Below are positions 49,217 to 59,647 of a DNA stretch of 64,000 nucleotides, piece after piece (the first letter of the stretch is position 1; every line of letters begins with the position of its first letter). The notes below the pieces were generated by a model, which had not been told where the DNA came from, did not search any database, and saw nothing but the letters and a program-made list of their open reading frames with translations. The translations under genes were made by a program, and so were the position numbers. The DNA comes from Candidatus Aenigmatarchaeota archaeon (lineage in GTDB: Archaea > Aenigmatarchaeota > Aenigmatarchaeia > CG10238-14 > SCSR01): NCBI GenBank assembly GCA_038999725.1, contig JAWBWS010000001.1, positions 160,001-224,000 of the forward strand, read 5' to 3'.

Positions 49217-50080
49217 TTATTTAACTATAATGGTTTCTTCAGTTTGGGCTACAGGAGCTCCACTTTCCTCTTTCAAAACAGGGTAAGCCTCTATAGCACC
49301 AACATCAACCAATTGTTTTAAAGCCAACTCAAGCTTAGCTCCTGTTGCTATGTCCCTTAACCATCTCTTGGCAAAAGGCATGCCCATAAACACATTTTTT
49401 GCTCTTTCTAAAATTTTCCTGGCTTCCCAAAGTCTTACAGGTCTTTCTTTTTTATATTTGTATATTAGTGTTTGACCCGTCTCTTTGACAAAGCCTGTAC
49501 CATTTGTCGTAAAAACCTCGATTGCTATTACCTGACCTTCTTTGATTTGGTATTGAATGTTGTTTTTACTGTTCGGTATTGTTGGCTCAGCATGTTGTAT
49601 GAATCTTTCAAGACCATGACCCGAAAGATTGTAAATTGGATTCAAATCAAATTCTCCTATAACGTTTTCTATTATTTCTGAAATTTCACAAACTTTTATT
49701 CCAGGCCTGACAGCTTCTAGAGCATTTTCCAAAGCTTTTTTAGAAGCTTCTATCAATACATTGTTTTCATTCCCCACAACTACGGAGAAAGCCCTATCCC
49801 AAATGTAGCCATCAACATGAACACCAAAATCAACTTTAACCAAATCTCCTTCTTTCAGAATGGTGGGATCATCCAAATCTGGAGTATAATGAGCGGCATT
49901 TTCATTTATTGAGATGTTTACAGGAAAAGCAAGCCCTCCTCCCAGTTTTTTTATTTCTTCTTCAATCTTTTCAGCAATTTCAATAATTTTTGCATTTTCC
50001 ACAATTAACTTTCTTGAAAATTCCAAAACATTGTCAGAAACTTTCTTTGATTTCTCATATTTTTTCAAAATATCGTCCAT
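49217..50080 (-). CDS. map: Methionine aminopeptidase type II
   Basis: AFPVNIS, AAHYTP, KVDFGVHVDG, NLSGH and AIEVF motifs. Confidence 0.95.
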   Translation of the reverse strand: MDDILKKYEKSKKVSDNVLEFSRKLIVENAKIIEIAEKIEEEIKKLGGGLAFPVNISINENAAHYTPDLDDPTILKEGDLVKVDFGVHVDGYIWDRAFSVVVGNENNVLIEASKKALENALEAVRPGIKVCEISEIIENVIGEFDLNPIYNLSGHGLERFIQHAEPTIPNSKNNIQYQIKEGQVIAIEVFTTNGTGFVKETGQTLIYKYKKERPVRLWEARKILERAKNVFMGMPFAKRWLRDIATGAKLELALKQLVDVGAIEAYPVLKEESGAPVAQTEETIIVK

Positions 50081-50141
50081 AATCTCATATTTTATCTCAG
50101 AAAGGATAAATTGTTTGAGTCAAAATTCGGAGTTAAAATTT

Positions 50142-50414
50142 TTAATCCTTGATTTTTAGAAAAGATTTGATTTCTTTCTTAAATGCTACTGGCAACAAAC
50201 GAGCAATTTTTACCGCAAAACACTTTTTTCTGACTCTTATGCTGCTTTTTTCAATTTTGAACGATATTAAACCTTTTTTGTGAAGATTTGAAAGAACATT
50301 CCTTACATTTCCACCAGACATATTAAGCTTTTTAGAAATTTCATAGGTGTTTAAACCAGGATTGCTACAAATTAACTGGTAAACCTTATATTCAGCTTCT
50401 CCACGTTTTCGCAT
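50142..50414 (-). CDS. Winged-helix protein
   Basis: NPGLNTYEISKKLNMSGGNVRNVLSNLHKKGLI. Confidence 0.78.
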   Translation of the reverse strand: MRKRGEAEYKVYQLICSNPGLNTYEISKKLNMSGGNVRNVLSNLHKKGLISFKIEKSSIRVRKKCFAVKIARLLPVAFKKEIKSFLKIKD

Positions 50415-50505
50415 TACTACTCTCCAATTTAAAGATTTGAATCAGTATATAAAAACTTTTCTACCAAGAAAAAAATTTATACTATTTGCAGCACATGTTG
50501 TAAAT

Positions 50506-50766
50506 ATGGTTAGAATACTCACAGAATTGGAGAAGACGATATTGCTTTCTGCCTTGATTTTAACTAAAGGTAATCCTAAAAAATCATTTAAAGAAGAAGA
50601 AATAGTCCTCAAGTTTCCAATGAGACAGAGAAAGACTGTGAGAAGATTTATTAAAAAATTGGTTAATGAGAGATACCTAGTTGAATCAGGGAAAAATTAT
50701 AAACTTTCAGAAGAGGGATTAAATGTTGCCTCTAAACTTCTATATGAAGGAGGAACATTTGTTTGA
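50506..50766 (+). CDS. Small winged-helix-like protein
   Basis: LTELEKTIL...VRRFIKKLVNERYL...YKLSEEG; ATG at 50506. Confidence 0.6.
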   Translation: MVRILTELEKTILLSALILTKGNPKKSFKEEEIVLKFPMRQRKTVRRFIKKLVNERYLVESGKNYKLSEEGLNVASKLLYEGGTFV

Positions 50767-50775
50767 GGAATTGAG

Positions 50776-51807
50776 ATGAAAGAAAGACTCAAAAAAGCAC
50801 TTTTTTGGCAGAAAGAAAAGGTTGGGAATTCTTTTGGAATTAGATGCAACCTTTGCGCCAGAAGATGCTTTATTACAGAAGGAAACAGGGGATTTTGCAT
50901 GACAAGAAAGAATATTAAAAATAAACTTTTTGTTTTAAATTACGGAAAGGTTGTGGCTATTAATGTAGACCCAATAGAAAAAAAGCCACTTTATCATTTT
51001 TACCCCGGATCTTTTGCCTTGTCTTATTCTTGTGCTGGGTGTAATTGGGCATGTCAGTATTGTTGTAATTTTGATATCAGCCACATTAACTCACCAGAAG
51101 CTATTGGAAACAATTTCGAACCAGAGCAAATAGTTGAAATGGCTGAAAGAGAAAATATTAAAATAATTAGTCACACTTATACTGAGCCAACTATTTTCTT
51201 TGAATTTGCTTATGAAGTTGCTAAAATTGCCCATAAAAGGGGAATGAAGAATACTTTTGTTACAAATGGTTACATAACCGATGAGCCTTTGAGAAGGATT
51301 TCAAGATTTTTAGATGCGGCCACTGTTGATTTTAAAGCTTCTGGAGATGAAAATTTCCTGAAGAGATATGCTTCTGTACCCTCGATAAAGCCGGTTTTTG
51401 AGACTTTAAAACTTATGAAAGAACTAAGGATTCACATGGAAATAACAAATCTTATAGTTCCGAAAATTGGAGAGGGAAAAGAGAAATTTAGGTATCTTGT
51501 GAATTGGATTTTAGAAAATCTAGGTCCTTACACACCACTTCATATAATAAGATTTTTTCCAAGCCATAGGATGACTAACTTAGAACCAACACCAATTCAA
51601 ACGCTTGAAAATCTAGCTAAAGAGGCAAGAGAAACTGGGTTGAAATATGTTTATGTTGGCAATGTTCCTGGGCATGAATGGGAAAACACACATTGTCTGA
51701 ATTGTGGGAATTTGTTAATTGAAAGATTCGGATTTGAAGTGAGATTAAACTTAAAAGATGGTAAATGTCCAAAGTGTGGTAAAAAGCCTAAGGGATTTAT
51801 ATTATGA
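50776..51807 (+). CDS. AmmeMemoRadiSam system radical SAM enzyme
   Basis: CNLCARRC, DPIEKKPLYHFYPG, CNWACQYC, YTEP and YVYVGNV motifs. Confidence 0.93.
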   Translation: MKERLKKALFWQKEKVGNSFGIRCNLCARRCFITEGNRGFCMTRKNIKNKLFVLNYGKVVAINVDPIEKKPLYHFYPGSFALSYSCAGCNWACQYCCNFDISHINSPEAIGNNFEPEQIVEMAERENIKIISHTYTEPTIFFEFAYEVAKIAHKRGMKNTFVTNGYITDEPLRRISRFLDAATVDFKASGDENFLKRYASVPSIKPVFETLKLMKELRIHMEITNLIVPKIGEGKEKFRYLVNWILENLGPYTPLHIIRFFPSHRMTNLEPTPIQTLENLAKEARETGLKYVYVGNVPGHEWENTHCLNCGNLLIERFGFEVRLNLKDGKCPKCGKKPKGFIL

Positions 51808-51818
51808 GATTGAAATAA

Positions 51819-52121
51819 ATGATTATTATGGTGACAAAAAGTCAAGTGTTGGGAGTTTTAAAAAAATGTTTTGATCCAGAGATACCAATCAATGTGGTTG
51901 ATTTAGGTTTAATTTATGATGTGAAAGTTAAAGAGGGGGATGTTAAAATTAAAATGGGTCTGACATCACCAGGATGTCCTATGCAATCCTTTATTGTTGA
52001 AGATATAAGAAGTAAGATTTCTAAAATAAAAGGTGTGAAAAAGGTTGATATTGAGATTAGTTCGGAATCATGGTCTCCTGATAGGATATCAAAAAAAGCT
52101 AAAAAGAAATTGGGGTGGTGA
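51819..52121 (+). CDS. DUF59/SufT-like metal-sulfur cluster assembly factor
   Basis: DPEIPINVVDLGLIY, TSPGCP and WSPDRIS motifs. Confidence 0.92.
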   Translation: MIIMVTKSQVLGVLKKCFDPEIPINVVDLGLIYDVKVKEGDVKIKMGLTSPGCPMQSFIVEDIRSKISKIKGVKKVDIEISSESWSPDRISKKAKKKLGW

Positions 52122-52122
52122 G

Positions 52123-52362
52123 ATGGTTTATAAAATTGTGCATGAAAAAAATGCGTGTGTAGGATGTGGCGCATGTGTAGCCGCTTGTGAAAAATTTTGG
52201 AGTTTGAAAGAAGGGAAGTCGAGTTTAAAGGGTGCCAAGAAAGTTGGTTTGAAGTTCGAGCTTGAAGTTGATAAGCTAGATTGCATCAAAGATGCTGCGG
52301 AAGTTTGTCCCGTGAATTGTATACACATAATTGACTTGAAATCAGGCAAAAAGATTATTTAG
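52123..52362 (+). CDS. Ferredoxin
   Basis: CVGCGACVAAC...CPVNCI; ATG at 52123 after GGTG. Confidence 0.88.
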   Translation: MVYKIVHEKNACVGCGACVAACEKFWSLKEGKSSLKGAKKVGLKFELEVDKLDCIKDAAEVCPVNCIHIIDLKSGKKII

Positions 52363-53107
52363 ACTTTGGTTTGGATTTTTTGAATTTTACAAAAATCCAG
52401 GCTACGATTAATATCAAACCGAAAATAAGGAAGATCTTGAAGACCGAGTTAAGCTGATTAAAGATCAAGTTTAATGCATCTTCACTTATTGGCGTTTCTT
52501 TTAAAATTCTTTCTAAAACAAATCTTTTGAAGTATGGTAAGAAAAAGTAAAATATTCCTATGGAAAGAAATTCAAAGCCAAAAGTTCTTGCTCTGCCTGA
52601 CCAAGTTTCTATTGATAGAAAGAGTAAGACACCGAATATTATTGTCAATATGAAGATGGGGAGAATGATACTATTGAAAAATTTATGAGCTTTTAAACTG
52701 AAGAAAACCAGAATATCTTCACCAGATCTTATTTCTCTTACACACTCAGGTATTTCACATTCATAATCTTTAAAGTATAGTTGATCAAAAAACTTCTTTG
52801 CTATTAGATCGACCATGTAAGTTGAGTTTGTATTTGCAATTTCAGAACATTTCAAGCTGATGTTGTTTGGTAGCTGAACAGATTCATTTACACCAAGGCT
52901 ACAATATACTGTTATTTTTTTGTAAATTTCTTCAATTTCTTGGGTTTTATTCTTTAACACAGTTTCTTTAAAGAGGATGGTGTAAAGATTTTTTGCATTA
53001 TTATAGTTAGTGAGATTGTAAAAGAAGAATGTTAAGATTGATAAGAATAAAAAAAGTGAGAAAAGGGAGAATGTTACAGTTTTTGCTATATTTCTTATTA
53101 GTCCCAT
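52355..53107 (-). CDS. Hypothetical membrane protein
   Basis: About four hydrophobic segments and a Cys-containing extracellular-type loop. Confidence 0.65.
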   Translation of the reverse strand: MGLIRNIAKTVTFSLFSLFLFLSILTFFFYNLTNYNNAKNLYTILFKETVLKNKTQEIEEIYKKITVYCSLGVNESVQLPNNISLKCSEIANTNSTYMVDLIAKKFFDQLYFKDYECEIPECVREIRSGEDILVFFSLKAHKFFNSIILPIFILTIIFGVLLFLSIETWSGRARTFGFEFLSIGIFYFFLPYFKRFVLERILKETPISEDALNLIFNQLNSVFKIFLIFGLILIVAWIFVKFKKSKPKSK

Positions 53108-55591
53108 TTATTCATCCTTTTTAAAAAAGCTTAATATTTTTTTCTGTTTCTTTTCATTTAAAATTTCCTCTTTTGTTATTCCAAGAGCTTTTAAGACACG
53201 CATGCTAGCAGGAAGAATTTGATGATGAGTGTAATATTCAGGATCATACTCACCAGGTTTGACATCTTCAACAGGTTCGGCTCTATCTGAAATTGAGCCA
53301 GATCCCTTTACTATCACAAAACCTATAATACTTCCCTCACCTACAAGCTTTCCTCTAGCTCTTGCTTTCTGTGCTGCTTTTACATGAGGCCCGATTTGCT
53401 CATATTGACTTAATGGGCGAGTAATTTGCTCAAAGATTGTTAATTCTTCTAACGGAATTTTTCCCTCTTTAATTTTTTTGATAGTTTCTCTCACAAGCTG
53501 GATAGCTTTGTCAGGATTTTTGTCTCTCAAAATCGTGATTAATACATCTCTTTGAATTTTCTTACTCAATTCACACCAATCTCTCCTTACTGCTTCATAT
53601 CCTCTTATTTCAATGTTGCCATTGTAATCTAGAAGTGCATATCTTTTTTTAGCTCCAACCTCACCTTTTTCTCTTGCAACAAATATTCCACCTTCGTACA
53701 AATCTCTGAATTCCAACTCTATTATACCCGGCAGCTTATTATTGACTTTTTCTACAAATTTTCTACCCACCTCAATCAATTTTTCTCTCGATTTTTCCGG
53801 ATATTTTGCCATTAGCGAATCTGTATCACCGTAAATTATTTCTAGACCAAATTTTTTGGCTTCATCAATCACAGTTGTAATATACTTTCTACCCCATGCA
53901 GCTGTTGCAGCACCACATTCCCTTTTATACCATTTTGCACCTACAAAACCAAAATACCCATAAGAGGCATTTGCAATTATCTTTAAAGCATATTGAAGAT
54001 TGTCCAACTTCTTCCATTCTTCACTGTTTTTTTCAAGTTTTTTCATCATCTTTTTGATTTCCAACCTTTTTTTAATCAGCTCTTCCAAATGTTTTGGTAT
54101 GAACCCTTTGTTTTTTATACAAAAATGCCATTTGGTCTCCGGTACTGCATTTTTTTCTTTACATTCTTCATGATTGCAGTTTAGAGTTTCTGGGGAAATG
54201 TTATGAGAAACTATTATCGTTGGATACAAACTTCTAAAATCAAAAACCAAGATGTCTGAATGAATTCCTTTTTTTGGCTCAATCACTATTGCCCCCTTGT
54301 AAGCTGGGGACATTTTCCTCTTCTCTATTTCTTCTGTTTTTGGTCTGTTTGGTATAATCACATCATCAAGAAAAGCCCTTCTCATGTAAAAAGCTTCTAC
54401 AAGCTGGGAATAGGTGTTTCTACATACATCAAACGGTAAAAGGCCCGTCAACCTACTAATAGCAAAAATTTGTGGTAATATCAGCTCAGAAAGTTTGAAA
54501 GTTAATATGGAATCATGTAAGCTGTATTCAGCTAGTCTTTCTAAACCCTTTTTCTTAGTCCAAATTTCAACCATTTCCTTGTATTCCATCTCTTTTTTAC
54601 CTATTCCAAGTAACTCTTCTGCAACCTCATTTAAAGTTAAAACCTCACTTTTCAAGCTTGTTGATAGGATGTGATCAATAAAATTGAATAGGTCTATGTG
54701 TACTCTACCTTTAATTTTGGTTGAGCTTACTCTCCCCCTTCTAACTAAATGTATTGGAGAATTATCTCTCCCAAGTTTTAAGGGAACTTTCAGTTCTTCT
54801 GCCCTTTCTTTAAGTTTAGGAAAATCAAAATTGTCACCATTATAAGTGCATATGAAATCAGGATCCTCCTTTTCCACAATTTCCAAAAACCTTTCTATTA
54901 TTTCTCTCTCTTCTTTGAGAGATTCTACATAATCTGGTTGGTTTTCCCAACACTCGGAAGTTAAGACCTTTTTCATCCCTCTGCTTGAAACAAGACTTAA
55001 CATAATCAGTTTCGATTTTCCATTTTCCTCTACAAATTCTGTATCAAAAGCTAAAACATTTAGCTCAACATCTGTTGGTAAACTTTCTTGTTTTACTACT
55101 TTTATAGAGTTGGCTTTAATTATGTAATCCGCTTTATAGTTTTCTTTATTTTCTATTTTCTTCCCATCAACTTTAATCCAGTTCATAGGCTCAATTTGTT
55201 TGTCTATCAAGTAACGCTTGTAGAAAGGAATATCATACTCGTAAGTTTCTTCTACATCTTCCAATTCCTTCACAATATTTCTGATGTTTTGAATTTTCCT
55301 TGGATTGTCAATTACCAATTTTAAAATTTTTATCTTCTCGAGTTGTAATTTTTTTTCCGTTGTTATAACTTCAACTATCTTGATGTTTACATCTTTTGTA
55401 TTAACCTCTTCAATTTTTTTCTTAACCTCTTCAATTTTGTTTTTCTTAGGCAACACATAAAAGTATGGGTAAAAATCTTGGTCTAGAACCAAACAGTTTT
55501 TACCTTTAGAATCTTTACAATAAAGCCTAACAACAGGTTTTTCTTCCATTACAGTATAGTCGACATCTAAAAGAAACAAATTTTCTTCCAA
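53108..55591 (-). CDS. polB: Family B DNA polymerase (canonical PolB3-like)
   Basis: YEYDIPFYKRYLID, FDTE, YNGDNFD, DFRSLYPT, KIIANASYGY and YGDTDS motifs; C-terminal PIP box QKKILSFF. Confidence 0.96.
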   Translation of the reverse strand: MEENLFLLDVDYTVMEEKPVVRLYCKDSKGKNCLVLDQDFYPYFYVLPKKNKIEEVKKKIEEVNTKDVNIKIVEVITTEKKLQLEKIKILKLVIDNPRKIQNIRNIVKELEDVEETYEYDIPFYKRYLIDKQIEPMNWIKVDGKKIENKENYKADYIIKANSIKVVKQESLPTDVELNVLAFDTEFVEENGKSKLIMLSLVSSRGMKKVLTSECWENQPDYVESLKEEREIIERFLEIVEKEDPDFICTYNGDNFDFPKLKERAEELKVPLKLGRDNSPIHLVRRGRVSSTKIKGRVHIDLFNFIDHILSTSLKSEVLTLNEVAEELLGIGKKEMEYKEMVEIWTKKKGLERLAEYSLHDSILTFKLSELILPQIFAISRLTGLLPFDVCRNTYSQLVEAFYMRRAFLDDVIIPNRPKTEEIEKRKMSPAYKGAIVIEPKKGIHSDILVFDFRSLYPTIIVSHNISPETLNCNHEECKEKNAVPETKWHFCIKNKGFIPKHLEELIKKRLEIKKMMKKLEKNSEEWKKLDNLQYALKIIANASYGYFGFVGAKWYKRECGAATAAWGRKYITTVIDEAKKFGLEIIYGDTDSLMAKYPEKSREKLIEVGRKFVEKVNNKLPGIIELEFRDLYEGGIFVAREKGEVGAKKRYALLDYNGNIEIRGYEAVRRDWCELSKKIQRDVLITILRDKNPDKAIQLVRETIKKIKEGKIPLEELTIFEQITRPLSQYEQIGPHVKAAQKARARGKLVGEGSIIGFVIVKGSGSISDRAEPVEDVKPGEYDPEYYTHHQILPASMRVLKALGITKEEILNEKKQKKILSFFKKDE

Positions 55592-55680
55592 GATACCACT
55601 AATAATTATTTTTTAATTTAAAAGGATTTAGTGTGTATGAAAGCAAAATTATTTGTGTTTAATTGACATAAATTTTATAT

Positions 55681-56772
55681 GTGGTAAAAAAGTTTTTGAA
55701 AATACCAACACGACCAATTGAGGTTTGGCCAGATAAAAAGATAAGTGACTTAACAGAAGAAATGCTTTATACAGGCTATCAAGGAAGAAAGCTTGCCGAG
55801 ACAATTCAAGTTTGGTCTAAAATGCTCAAGAAGAAGAGAATTGTGATATGGTTTGGTCTTGCTGGCGCAATGGTACCTGCGGGGATGAGAAAAATTATAG
55901 CATACTTGATTCAAAGAAGAATGATTGATGTGATAGTATCTACAGGGGCCAATCTTTATCATGATTTGGTTGAAGCCCTAGGTATTAAACATTATGTTGG
56001 TACACACTCTGTAGATGACGAAAAACTGAGAAAAGAAAAAATCGACAGAATTTATGATGTTTTTGCAAGTGAAAAAAAATTCTATTGGGCCGATAGTTGG
56101 ATAGAAAGAGATTTTTCTAGGACCTTAAGAGACTATTATCTTTACTCTTCTCGTGAGATTCTTTATCTATTGGGTAAGAGATTAAATCAAGTTGCGAAAG
56201 ATAAAAATTCAATTCTAATAAATGCTTACAAGCAAAAACTTCCAATCTTTTGTCCAGCTTTTGGAGACAGCTCCATAGGCTTTTCAATGATGTTTGCTAA
56301 CAGAAGGAAAATCACAAGAAGGATTGATGATAAGAAGGTTGTATTAAGGAAGAAGAGAATAGTTTGGGATGGTTTGAAAGATGTTGATGAAAGTTCAAAA
56401 ATAACTGAAAAGGCAAAAACTACTGGTGTCATATATATTGGTGGAGGGGTGCCAAAAAACTTCATTCAACAAACTGCGGTGATTGCAAGCTATCAAACAA
56501 GACATGATAAAAGTCATAGCTTTGCAATACAAATTTCTACAGACTTGCCACAATGGGGAGGTCTTTCTGGATGCACTTTTGAAGAAGCCAAGAGCTGGGG
56601 GAAGATTGGATTTTCTGCAAAAATGGTTCAATGTTACACCGATGCAACAATAGCTTTACCAATTGTAGTGCATGCGTTAAGCGAGAAGTTTAAGAAACTG
56701 AAAAGAGAGGTTCCGATTTTTGAATGGAAAGGGAGTGAGTTAAAAATTAAATATGAAAAAATGAGGCTTTAA
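55681..56772 (+). CDS. dys: Deoxyhypusine synthase
   Basis: STGANLYHD, IDRIYD, GGGVPKNF and GGLSGCTFEEAKSWGK motifs. Confidence 0.92.
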   Translation: MVKKFLKIPTRPIEVWPDKKISDLTEEMLYTGYQGRKLAETIQVWSKMLKKKRIVIWFGLAGAMVPAGMRKIIAYLIQRRMIDVIVSTGANLYHDLVEALGIKHYVGTHSVDDEKLRKEKIDRIYDVFASEKKFYWADSWIERDFSRTLRDYYLYSSREILYLLGKRLNQVAKDKNSILINAYKQKLPIFCPAFGDSSIGFSMMFANRRKITRRIDDKKVVLRKKRIVWDGLKDVDESSKITEKAKTTGVIYIGGGVPKNFIQQTAVIASYQTRHDKSHSFAIQISTDLPQWGGLSGCTFEEAKSWGKIGFSAKMVQCYTDATIALPIVVHALSEKFKKLKREVPIFEWKGSELKIKYEKMRL

Positions 56773-56808
56773 TTGTTTGGAGAGGTATAGTGTTTCTAGA
56801 GCAAACTT

Positions 56809-58005
56809 TCACAACTTTGTTATCCCCAGCAAAAGAAATGTAGCAATAAAAGAAATAGCAGCTCCATAAATAAAAGCTACAGTTGGAGAGAGTATTGTCC
56901 ATAAACTTCCAACTACAAAACTCGAAATAAAATCTCCTATACCATCAATGCTATGAAGTACACCATATCCTGTTCCTCTTATGTTGGAGGGGAGAAGCTG
57001 CGCAGCATAAGCTTTTTCTAATGCAGTATATGTGGCTGCACTTATTCCAGATAAAACAAAAAGGAGGGTGAAGTAAAATAGGCTGGTAGTTGTATAAATA
57101 AATCCCAAAGACACGATACCAAACAAGAAAAAACCTAGAGATGCTAATAAAATCTTCTTTCCAATTCTATCACTTAAAGCCCCAACACCATAGTCTGCTA
57201 TAGCCTGAGCAATGTTTCTTATGGTATAGAAGAACACAGCCATGCTACCTGCAATTATAATTCCACTTACAGGTGTCAGCACCTCTTGTACTCTGAGTAA
57301 AAGCAAAGTTCGATTGAAATTCCCAATTCTAAAAATGAATATGACGAGAAGGAATAATCTAAAGCCTTTGGGCAAAGCTTTTATGTTTCCTATCAATCCT
57401 TTCATCCTTTTTCTATATCTTCTTCTTTCTTTCACACCAATTGTTATTGTAAGAATAGCCAATAAACCAGGAATAAACGATAAGAGGAAAATATTTCTAA
57501 AATTAAGTAGGGGTATTAAAAAGAATGCAATTAAAGGACCTATTATTGCTCCTAAAGTGTCCATTGCTCGATGAAAGCCAAAAGCATGTCCATAATATTT
57601 TTTATCAACAGAGTCAGACAATAAAGCATCTCTCGGAGGTTCCCTTATCCCTCTTCCCATCCAAGCCAAGACTCTGTAGATTAAGACTTCAAACCAATTT
57701 CTAACAAATGCTATAAGCCCGATAAAAATTCCAGTTAGAAAATAGCCTAATGTAACCAAGGGCTTTCTCTTTCTGAGTTTGTCACTTAACCAACCAGAGA
57801 ATGTTTTTACAAAGCTTGAAGAAGCGTCTGACAAGCCAGTAATCAAACCAAGCAACTGAGGCGCAGTTTCAACTCCTACTAATTCAGTTAAAAAAGAAGG
57901 CAAGGTGGCCGTGGCCATTTCATGGCTAGCATCACTGAATAAACTTGTGATCCCCATTACGACAACGTTTCTATTAAACCATTTTCTTTTTGGTATTTTT
58001 CTCAC
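56809..58005 (-). CDS. MFS transporter
   Basis: About 12 TM; GWLSDKLRKRK, PPRDALL and GFHRAMD motifs. Confidence 0.92.
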   Translation of the reverse strand: MRKIPKRKWFNRNVVVMGITSLFSDASHEMATATLPSFLTELVGVETAPQLLGLITGLSDASSSFVKTFSGWLSDKLRKRKPLVTLGYFLTGIFIGLIAFVRNWFEVLIYRVLAWMGRGIREPPRDALLSDSVDKKYYGHAFGFHRAMDTLGAIIGPLIAFFLIPLLNFRNIFLLSFIPGLLAILTITIGVKERRRYRKRMKGLIGNIKALPKGFRLFLLVIFIFRIGNFNRTLLLLRVQEVLTPVSGIIIAGSMAVFFYTIRNIAQAIADYGVGALSDRIGKKILLASLGFFLFGIVSLGFIYTTTSLFYFTLLFVLSGISAATYTALEKAYAAQLLPSNIRGTGYGVLHSIDGIGDFISSFVVGSLWTILSPTVAFIYGAAISFIATFLLLGITKL

Positions 58006-58095
58006 CTTCTATTAAATTCTTTTTATTAGGTTAAAGAAATAATCTCATACTATGGTTACACATCTTTCAACTGATTAAATCGTGTTGCTATAAAC

Positions 58096-58737
58096 TCATT
58101 TGAAGATAAAACCTGTTTCTTTAAACCAGAGCAATTTGTCCAATTCATCGAGTGGAATGTTAATTTGCTTTGAAAATTCTTTCATCTTATTTTCAATCTT
58201 AAGGTACTCTTTTTTAGTCAAACTTTTTGGAATTTCTTCAATAATACCAAGTTCTTTCAAGTTCTTTAAGATGTGAACATCTAGTATTGAAAGCTGATTT
58301 TCACTAAGACCAACGTTTCTCAAGAAGTGAGAAGCTTCTTTCATTCCCAGACCTTTTATATTCTTAACCAACCATTCCCTCAATTCTAAAGGATCTATGA
58401 AAGTTTGAAGAAATTCTTTAATCTGTATTTTTTTGTCTACCGTGAACTTTTTTCTAGCATCTATGATATAATTTGCTTTATTTTTGTTAAACCTTACTTT
58501 AAGAAATGGTCGAATTTGTTCAGCAGTACCTTTATATAATAAACCGTTCTCTACTAATTTGCTTATAGATTTCCAAGCATCTTTTGCTTTGGATTGAGGA
58601 GTGCAAATACAGAAAGCAAGTTCAGCAAAAATTCTTTCATTACTCTTACTCATCATTTGCTTGAATTCTAAGAGTTGTCTTTTAATTTCCTCCTTTTTTT
58701 CTTCATACAACTCTAATAATTCTTCAATTTTTTTCAT
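58096..58737 (-). CDS. ogg: 8-oxoguanine DNA glycosylase/AP lyase
   Basis: ELAFCICTPQ, IKGLGMKEASHFLRNVG and ILDVH motifs. Confidence 0.92.
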   Translation of the reverse strand: MKKIEELLELYEEKKEEIKRQLLEFKQMMSKSNERIFAELAFCICTPQSKAKDAWKSISKLVENGLLYKGTAEQIRPFLKVRFNKNKANYIIDARKKFTVDKKIQIKEFLQTFIDPLELREWLVKNIKGLGMKEASHFLRNVGLSENQLSILDVHILKNLKELGIIEEIPKSLTKKEYLKIENKMKEFSKQINIPLDELDKLLWFKETGFIFK

Positions 58738-58740
58738 ATG

Positions 58741-59646
58741 TTATTCCCCCCAAACAATCTTCTTTTCTTTATGTTCAACTTCAGGATATTTTTGGTATAA
58801 TTCTCTTCTCCTTGCTTCTAGCATATCTACAGGTTTACCTAAAAATTCAGCGGCTGTTAAAACATTAATGTTCAACTCTTCACTTGTTTTTAAAACTGTT
58901 GCTATTTTCTCTTTATATTTTAAATCTCTGAGCAAATGATGATCCAAAATTAAAACTTCTGGTGAAGCTTCTTCAATAATTTTTATTAAATTCTTTAGTG
59001 AGACTCGAAAATTTTCATGAGTATACCTATAGCCAAGCATATAGGTCATAGGGCCGTCAACAATTATAAAATTTGGTTTGTTTTCCAAGATGAATTCAAC
59101 TTGATCTTTAATTACAGGCCCTTCAACATCACTTGTGAAAATAAATTTTTCATTTCCCTCTTTTATTAGAACTTCAATAACCCAACCTAGCTTTTGGTTT
59201 GCACCATGAAAAACTGGTTCAGAAAAAACAATTTCAGTTTTACCAAATTTAAACTCTTCACCATCAGCATACTCTAAAACAACAGGAAAACCTTTAATTT
59301 TTTCAAGGAATAGAGATGCCCTTTGTTTTTGGCTGAAGTTTATTTTTTCAGTAGGATGTTTAACAAGAACAGTTTTTTTCTTGTAAATTTCCAAATTTTC
59401 CCATGGGTTGTGGTGATCATAATGGTAGTGTGTGATTATAAGAATTTCAGATTCCTTTGCAAACTCAACTATTTTTTTCCAATGTTCTTCCAATCTTTTC
59501 AACTCTATAGAATGTGGTTGAAGTCCATATCTTAGTGGTGCTAGAGAAACACCAGGGTCTATGAGAATTTTTTGGCTAGTTGTGGTAACTAAACAAGCCA
59601 TAGATCTTGTACCAAGACTTTCAAAAGCTATAGGTAAGATTTTCAT
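58741..59646 (-). CDS. Metallo-beta-lactamase-fold hydrolase (UPF0282-like)
   Basis: ESLGTRSMA, THYHYDHH, SDVEG and DHHLLRD motifs. Confidence 0.88.
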   Translation of the reverse strand: MKILPIAFESLGTRSMACLVTTTSQKILIDPGVSLAPLRYGLQPHSIELKRLEEHWKKIVEFAKESEILIITHYHYDHHNPWENLEIYKKKTVLVKHPTEKINFSQKQRASLFLEKIKGFPVVLEYADGEEFKFGKTEIVFSEPVFHGANQKLGWVIEVLIKEGNEKFIFTSDVEGPVIKDQVEFILENKPNFIIVDGPMTYMLGYRYTHENFRVSLKNLIKIIEEASPEVLILDHHLLRDLKYKEKIATVLKTSEELNINVLTAAEFLGKPVDMLEARRRELYQKYPEVEHKEKKIVWGE

Positions 59647-59647
59647 C

